NCBI GenBank assembly: GCA_964557825.1
Contig: CAZLBL010000001.1
Location: forward strand, 3 to 64,002
Reading direction: 5' to 3'
From: an uncultured Ruminococcus sp.
GTDB taxonomy: Bacteria; Bacillota; Clostridia; Oscillospirales; Ruminococcaceae
DNA length: 64,000 nt
In this document: one piece after another, positions 58,835-64,000 of the stretch
How the letters are laid out: each line of letters opens with the position of its first letter
How positions within the stretch are numbered: the first letter of the stretch is position 1
Notes under the pieces: generated by a model
Database searches by the model: none
Seen by the model: only the letters and a program-made list of their open reading frames with translations
What the model was told of the DNA's origin: nothing
Made by a program: the position numbers and the translations under genes

Positions 58835-61774
58835 TTACTCTTCATAGAAGCCAAGCTCTTTCAGCTTTCTTACAATTTCGCTGTTAATATCTCTGTTGTA
58901 AGAGATGAGCTGGTATCTGGGGTTTTTCTGGTTATTTACAACCGCTCTGAACGCGTTGTAAACGTTACGGGTTACAGCGTAGGAAGCGGGGATAATCGGC
59001 ACTTCCTTCAGATTTGCCATCTGATCGCTGATCTTTCTGTACTCGGCGGTAGACCAGTTAAGTCTGGACAGCGCCTCAAGGTTTGCTGTATCATAACGGC
59101 CGAGCGGACCCATAATGGCTTCAATGTTCTTACCGTAGGAAACCTGAGTTTCTGTTTCGGTAAACCACTTGATAAACTCCCATGCTGCCTGTTTGTTGGA
59201 GCAGGACTGGAAGATAACCGCACCGGAGGAACCAGAGTTAGCGGTATAGTCGAGAATGGTCTTGCCGTTCTCTGTTCTGTATGTGCCGGGTACATGGGTG
59301 AAATCCCACAGACCCTTGATTTCGGGAGCAGCAACGCTAAGCTGGTTATAGAACGTGTAATTCTGCACCATGATGGGCATTTCACCTGTTCTGAAACGCG
59401 TAAATGCGTCATAGGTCTGGTCGAAATCGTATACCGTGTAGAACTTTGTCCACTTTGTAAACGCATTAACCGCTGCCTCGGTATCAAATGTTGTTGCTGT
59501 CTGCTTCTCGTTGTAGAAGCTCTGACCTGTCTGGTTCATCAGCAGTACAAAGGTGTTGCCTGCGTCAAATACCTGCGAAGAAACGTTGGACGGCAGGATA
59601 AGACCAACCTCAAGATATTTTCTTTGCAGGTCGGGGAGCATATCGATAAGCGCGTCCCATGACTCTGGCGGTGCATCGTAACCAAGTTCCTCAAGAACGT
59701 CGGTACGATAGAACAGCATCGGGAAGTTCTGCGTAAGCGGTATGCCGTAAACGCCGTCGTTAAACTCATACAGCGTGGTGATATCCTCGCTGAAGCGGGA
59801 AACAACCTCGTCATAATCAGTGAAGCCCTTCATATTTACGAGAAGTCCTCTTGAAGCGCAGACAACAGGGAAGTCGCCGCCTATGAACAGCGCAACCTCA
59901 GGTCCCTTGCCCGCAAGCGTTGCTTCAAGCACGGCGCCCTGTACAAGGCTGATGGAGATGGGAGTCGAATGCTCCTGATTATATTCGGAGCTTACCAGCT
60001 CGCTTACTACGGTTGCCTGGTCACGGCCGAGGGAAACCCATACGTTAAGCGCCTGCTCGGTTGAATCTGTGATAGATGTGTAATCCTCAAAGAAAGAACC
60101 GATAAAGGACTGGAAGCCAAACGCAAACGCCGAGAAGAAGTTGGAGCCTGCGTCCTTATATTTGTCATGAACCGTCTTAACCTCAATATAGTCGAGTTCA
60201 AGCGGCTGGTCGCGGTAGTCGCGCATCCACGCGGAAACAGCGGAAATCTGATCCTTTATGCTGGAGAGCATAAGCGGGATATCATCAGGCTCGTCAACAG
60301 CCATCTGAAGAATAACCGCCATGGTCTGAAGCGTGGAAGCCTCAGAGCCTTCGCCTGTCAGCTCCTCAATACCTGCTTTTTCAGCATAGAGAGTGTCAAT
60401 AGCGTTCTGGAAAACGCTCAGCAGTTCGGGAATCTGCTCATCGATGTAGTAGTCGTTGTACTCATCGGGAGAGGGACCCGTAATCATCAGAATTCTTCTG
60501 TAATAGTAGTTAAGCTCGTAGATAAGGTCGTCAAGGCGCTGCATAACCTCGCCGATATCACCGGGGATAGCCTCAAGCATTATGGTGTTTTTCTTGTCTG
60601 CTTCAAGATAAAGGTAGATGGGGTTGCCATCGCCATCGCACAGTTCAACCGTCTGCCAGTTGGGGTCGTACTTAACCTTTACGCAGTCAAGTTCCTTACA
60701 GGGAACTTCACCGTTAATGTAAACTCGTCTGTTGGAGAAGAAGCCGCGCATTGTGCTCTGGCGCGCTTTCATCTGTATTGTATAGTAGCCGTCTGCGGGA
60801 ACTTCAAACTCCCAGCAGATGGACTGCGTAGCCTGATCCCATGTATCCGTACCGATTGTATTGTATCGCTTGTTTACGGGGTGGGAGGGGCTGACAGTGT
60901 AGTCTGTTCTGTCGTAAGTGGGGTACAGCGTAGAGGAAGTTGTGTACACCGGCGACTCCGCCTCAAACAGGATTGCCTGATTATCGGCAAGGGCGGGAGT
61001 ATTGTCAATCTGCTCCTGCGTGGGTGCTATGTCCGCATAGGACGGAAGCTCCTCCGAGTTGTAGAAGCGAATACCCTTCATGTAAAGGTTTGTTTTTACG
61101 CCGTCAAGGGATAATGTATGTTCACCCTCGGAAAGGTAGAAGAAGTACGGCGTATTTATAAGGCCGTCCTTATCCTTGATTGGATATGTCACCCAGCAGT
61201 CGTACTCCTCCTGCGGAGGGCGCTTCTGGTTTTTCTGCTTTGCGTCATATCCGATAGCGGTTGCACTGTGCCAATAGCGGTCAAGCTCAATAAGCTCTGC
61301 CTCGTCAAAGGGGCTTTCGCCGTCTATCCGGAGAACCACCTCAATCGTTGTGTTTGTGCTGGCAACGGGGTGATAGAACATCTCAAGATTGTAAAGACCT
61401 GCCTGTTCAACATTGAACGTCCATGTGATAGTTCCCTCGCTGTCCAGCCATGAAACGCAGTCCTTTTCAATGCCATAATCCACCACTTCGGTGACAGCGC
61501 CGTCTGAAGCCTTGTAGTTGAGGATATCCACAACCACTTCCTTCATGGGCATTTCTGCGTCAGCGTACTTTTCGATGTAGTTTTTGTACGCGTCCTCATT
61601 GCTTGACATACCGACATTTGCGGTACTTACTGATGACGACCCCATGGACGACTTCTGCTCTTCCTCAGCAGCAGCGCCAATAGTCATCGGAAGCTGAACG
61701 GCAGTGCTTAGCATCAATGCCGACAAAAACATTGACGTAACCCTTTTCAGCTTCAATGTGTGCTTTCTTGCCAC
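58835..61774 (-). CDS. Giant (about 979 aa) extracellular sugar-binding protein with N-terminal CBM-like domains
   Basis: Probable GTG start 61774; signal peptide; two jelly-roll-like segments (ITWTFNVEQAGLYNL, ICWEFEVPADGYYTI); C-terminal MalE-like domain (LFYRTDVLEELG, FRTGEMPI, AAWEFIKWFT). Confidence 0.85.
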   Translation of the reverse strand: MARKHTLKLKRVTSMFLSALMLSTAVQLPMTIGAAAEEEQKSSMGSSSVSTANVGMSSNEDAYKNYIEKYADAEMPMKEVVVDILNYKASDGAVTEVVDYGIEKDCVSWLDSEGTITWTFNVEQAGLYNLEMFYHPVASTNTTIEVVLRIDGESPFDEAELIELDRYWHSATAIGYDAKQKNQKRPPQEEYDCWVTYPIKDKDGLINTPYFFYLSEGEHTLSLDGVKTNLYMKGIRFYNSEELPSYADIAPTQEQIDNTPALADNQAILFEAESPVYTTSSTLYPTYDRTDYTVSPSHPVNKRYNTIGTDTWDQATQSICWEFEVPADGYYTIQMKARQSTMRGFFSNRRVYINGEVPCKELDCVKVKYDPNWQTVELCDGDGNPIYLYLEADKKNTIMLEAIPGDIGEVMQRLDDLIYELNYYYRRILMITGPSPDEYNDYYIDEQIPELLSVFQNAIDTLYAEKAGIEELTGEGSEASTLQTMAVILQMAVDEPDDIPLMLSSIKDQISAVSAWMRDYRDQPLELDYIEVKTVHDKYKDAGSNFFSAFAFGFQSFIGSFFEDYTSITDSTEQALNVWVSLGRDQATVVSELVSSEYNQEHSTPISISLVQGAVLEATLAGKGPEVALFIGGDFPVVCASRGLLVNMKGFTDYDEVVSRFSEDITTLYEFNDGVYGIPLTQNFPMLFYRTDVLEELGYDAPPESWDALIDMLPDLQRKYLEVGLILPSNVSSQVFDAGNTFVLLMNQTGQSFYNEKQTATTFDTEAAVNAFTKWTKFYTVYDFDQTYDAFTRFRTGEMPIMVQNYTFYNQLSVAAPEIKGLWDFTHVPGTYRTENGKTILDYTANSGSSGAVIFQSCSNKQAAWEFIKWFTETETQVSYGKNIEAIMGPLGRYDTANLEALSRLNWSTAEYRKISDQMANLKEVPIIPASYAVTRNVYNAFRAVVNNQKNPRYQLISYNRDINSEIVRKLKELGFYEE

Positions 61775-61856
61775 AGTGTTTTCCACCTTTCCTAGACTGT
61801 AATGCAGCATATCGAAATCGGGCAGCGCCCAATCAAGATACAAAATTAAATTCACC

Positions 61857-62762
61857 CTAGCGAGGGTAAATACATATCCTGCCGTCCTCAAGCTCAACGC
61901 GTACTTTATCGCCGCCCTTAAGCCCAAGTTCTTCAAGATATTCCTTGGGAATTTGCAGACGCCCCGCGCGGTCAAGAACCGAAAGCTCCTCATGGGCGGT
62001 TTGTTCTGCTTCCTCTGTAAGCTCCCCGAACGACTTCGCCGAAGCCCTTCTGACAAGCTCCGTAGAGGTTTTGCCATCGCGGATTGCCACAACGCGGTCA
62101 ATCTGCGCGGAAAGCTTTGTATCATGCGTTACTATTATAATGGTAACGCCCATGACCTTGTTAAGCTGACGGAACACATCAAGTATAAGCTTCGCCGTTG
62201 CGGTGTCAACCGAGCCTGTCGGCTCGTCCGCAAGCAGCAACTTCGGGTTGTTTGAAAGAGCAATTGCTATCGCAACGCGCTGCTGCTCTCCGCCCGACAT
62301 CTGGTCAAGGCGGCTGTTTCTGCGGTGGGAAAGACCCACCATGTCAAGCAGCTCCACAGCCCTTGCGCTTCTCCGCGAGAAGCCCGAAAGCAGAAGCGGC
62401 ATTTCCACATTCTGCTGTGCCGTCAAATAGGGAATCAGGTTGCGCGCATTATTCTGCCACACAAACCCGACTGTTTTTCTCTTGTATTCTATGAAATCCT
62501 TTTCAGTGAACTTCAGCATATCCTTTCCGTCAACGAAAAGGCTGCCCGCAGATGGTCTATCAAGACCGCCAAGCATATTAAGCAGGGTAGATTTACCGCT
62601 GCCGCTTGAGCCAACAATACCCATCAGTTCGCCGCGCTCCACTGTGAGGTCAAGCCCTTGCAGCGCCATAACCTCCACATCTGTGGACTTGTATATTTTG
62701 ACGAGGTTATCCGCCTGAACCATAACGTTCTCGGGCGGGGCAAGCATGACTTTTTTAGGCAT
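61857..62762 (-). CDS. LolD/MacB-type ABC ATPase with C-terminal AbrB/MazE-like domain
   Basis: GSSGSGKST, MSGGEQQRVAIA, LADEPTG; C-terminal LDRAGRLQIPKEYLEELGL; ATG 62762. Confidence 0.9.
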   Translation of the reverse strand: MPKKVMLAPPENVMVQADNLVKIYKSTDVEVMALQGLDLTVERGELMGIVGSSGSGKSTLLNMLGGLDRPSAGSLFVDGKDMLKFTEKDFIEYKRKTVGFVWQNNARNLIPYLTAQQNVEMPLLLSGFSRRSARAVELLDMVGLSHRRNSRLDQMSGGEQQRVAIAIALSNNPKLLLADEPTGSVDTATAKLILDVFRQLNKVMGVTIIIVTHDTKLSAQIDRVVAIRDGKTSTELVRRASAKSFGELTEEAEQTAHEELSVLDRAGRLQIPKEYLEELGLKGGDKVRVELEDGRICIYPR

Positions 62763-63480
62763 CTGCAACCTCCCCGTCGTCAATGGGATTTTCCGTGATG
62801 TCGCTGATAACGCCGTCCTCCAGCGTGTAAACGATATCAGCAAGCTCCATTATTGAGGTATCATGTGTTGTCATAACGATTGTAAGACCGCCGCTGTGCA
62901 CAAGCTCCCTGAACAGGCGCATTACCGCAAGACCCGTTGGCAGGTCAAGCTCGGCAGTCGGCTCGTCCGCGAAGATGATTTTTGGCGAAACCGCGATTGC
63001 CCTTGCTATGGCGACCCTCTGCTGCTCGCCGCCCGACATCTCGCCGGGGCGGTGGTGCATACGCTTTTCAAGACCCACCTGCACAAGTGCCTGTTTCGCA
63101 CGCTCTGCGCGCTGCTTATACGGCAGCTTTTGCAGCCTTAACGCGAACTCCACATTCTCAAACGCGGTCATAGTTGAAATGAGGGCGACCGACTGAAACA
63201 CAAACGCCATCTCGCAGCGGCGAAGCTTATCGCGCGCCGAATCCGACAGCTTTGTGATATCGTTATCCTGTCTGAGGAACAAAACCTCTCCCGATGTAGG
63301 TCTGTCCAGTGCGCCGAGAATATTTATCAGCGTGGTTTTGCCCGAACCCGAACGCCCGCGCAGCACCGAAAGCTTATTCGGCTTAATTTGCAAATTTATG
63401 CCCTTAAGCGCATGAACAGTGCTTCCATCGCCGATATTGAAGTCCATGCAGACGTTATTCGCTTGAATTATATGTTCCAT
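62755..63480 (-). CDS. LolD/MacB-type ABC ATPase
   Basis: GRSGSGKTT, MSGGEQQRVAIARA, FADEPTA, TTHD. Confidence 0.93.
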   Translation of the reverse strand: MEHIIQANNVCMDFNIGDGSTVHALKGINLQIKPNKLSVLRGRSGSGKTTLINILGALDRPTSGEVLFLRQDNDITKLSDSARDKLRRCEMAFVFQSVALISTMTAFENVEFALRLQKLPYKQRAERAKQALVQVGLEKRMHHRPGEMSGGEQQRVAIARAIAVSPKIIFADEPTAELDLPTGLAVMRLFRELVHSGGLTIVMTTHDTSIMELADIVYTLEDGVISDITENPIDDGEVADA

Positions 63481-63555
63481 TTAAGTCCTTTCGCCCGCAG
63501 GAAAGGCGGCAGTTTTACACAAAGTCATAACACCGCTATCATATATACCGTAATA

Positions 63556-63584
63556 ATTATATCAAATTTATACGCTGATGTCAA
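63556..63584 (-). promoter_or_regulatory. Promoter of ABC cluster
   Basis: TTGACA, 17 bp spacer, TATAAT: perfect consensus. Confidence 0.85.
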
Positions 63585-63844
63585 TAAGATTTGAATTTTT
63601 TTATGCAATTTATATAAATAATGAAGCGGGCTAACTTTTTATTCATAAAGCGCGATGAAAAGGCAATCTTCTTCAATATTTTGTGGGAAATGCCGAACAT
63701 CGTCGGCAAATGTGCTAGATGTTGATTTAAGTAATTACCTCAATATGCGCGGTATGCTGCGGTGGCGCGATTTTTGGCGATTTGCACAAAAAAACGGCTG
63801 ATTTTCGGCAAAGCGCACAGCCGCCGAAAACCGCCGAAAATGGC

Positions 63845-63873
63845 AAAAACAAAACCTCCCCTTTCGGGGAGGC
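63845..63873 (-). terminator. Terminator after partial surface-protein gene
   Basis: Minus strand CCTCCCC-GAAA-GGGGAGG followed by TTTTGTTTTT. Confidence 0.85.
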
Positions 63874-63907
63874 AGTGTGTTTAAGAATGAACTAATTCAA
63901 TCAAGAA

Positions 63908-64000
63908 TTACTTTCTCTTCTTAGAAACTACGATAGCAGCGCCAGCGATAACTGCGGGAGCAACTGCAAGAGCGATACCTGTGGGAACGTTGCCCTCATC
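63908..64000 (-). CDS. 3' end of a cell-wall-anchored protein (partial)
   Basis: Translates DEGNVPTGIALAVAPAVIAGAAIVVSKKRK*: sorting-like motif, hydrophobic helix, basic tail. Confidence 0.8.
   Translation of the reverse strand, partial: DEGNVPTGIALAVAPAVIAGAAIVVSKKRK

Noticed and set aside
61775-62125. N-terminal extension of the 1096-aa SBP ORF
   Set aside because: Overlaps the ATPase gene in another frame; SD and signal peptide point to GTG 61774
63620-63844. Possible sRNA or small ORF between the ABC promoter and the terminator
   Set aside because: Only short stems and a GCCGAAAA duplication; no supported ORF, promoter-terminator pair or known motif

Overview
A mostly housekeeping chromosomal segment from an anaerobic, probably gut- or rumen-dwelling Clostridia member. 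Oscillospiraceae/Ruminococcaceae-like is an inference from gene content, near-consensus sigmaA promoters and an NPxTG-like anchor. In order it holds: trxA; a complete 9-gene V/A-type ATPase operon; a VTC-DUF4956-CotH operon; a CHAP-like secreted protein and a lipoprotein; a short MITE-like palindrome; a GH26 lipoprotein; Hpt; flotillin; an alaS-HIT-holA-rnmV-MBOAT-DHHW-rluA-lipoprotein run; a 4-repeat Ltp lipoprotein; uvrC-rsmD-coaD-X-grpB; an MFS transporter; a PilZ-GGDEF-ParA-ComFB cluster; metK with a variant SAM-I riboswitch; GT4; a BspA-type LRR protein; a GH94 phosphorylase; hpf; a HisJ-family PHP; a PgsA-like enzyme; and rnhA. It ends with a 10-gene atypical ABC cluster: two LolD-type ATPases (one AbrB-fused), a giant solute-binding protein, four sugar permeases, NHL-TPR, Yip1 and DUF5696. 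No rRNA, tRNA, CRISPR array, transposase, integrase or prophage structural genes were seen. The best candidates for undescribed systems are the atypical ABC cluster (49674-63480), the putative c-di-GMP/ParA module (34927-39106) and the VTC-DUF4956-CotH operon (9579-13119). Domain names come from motifs recognised by eye; no searches were run.
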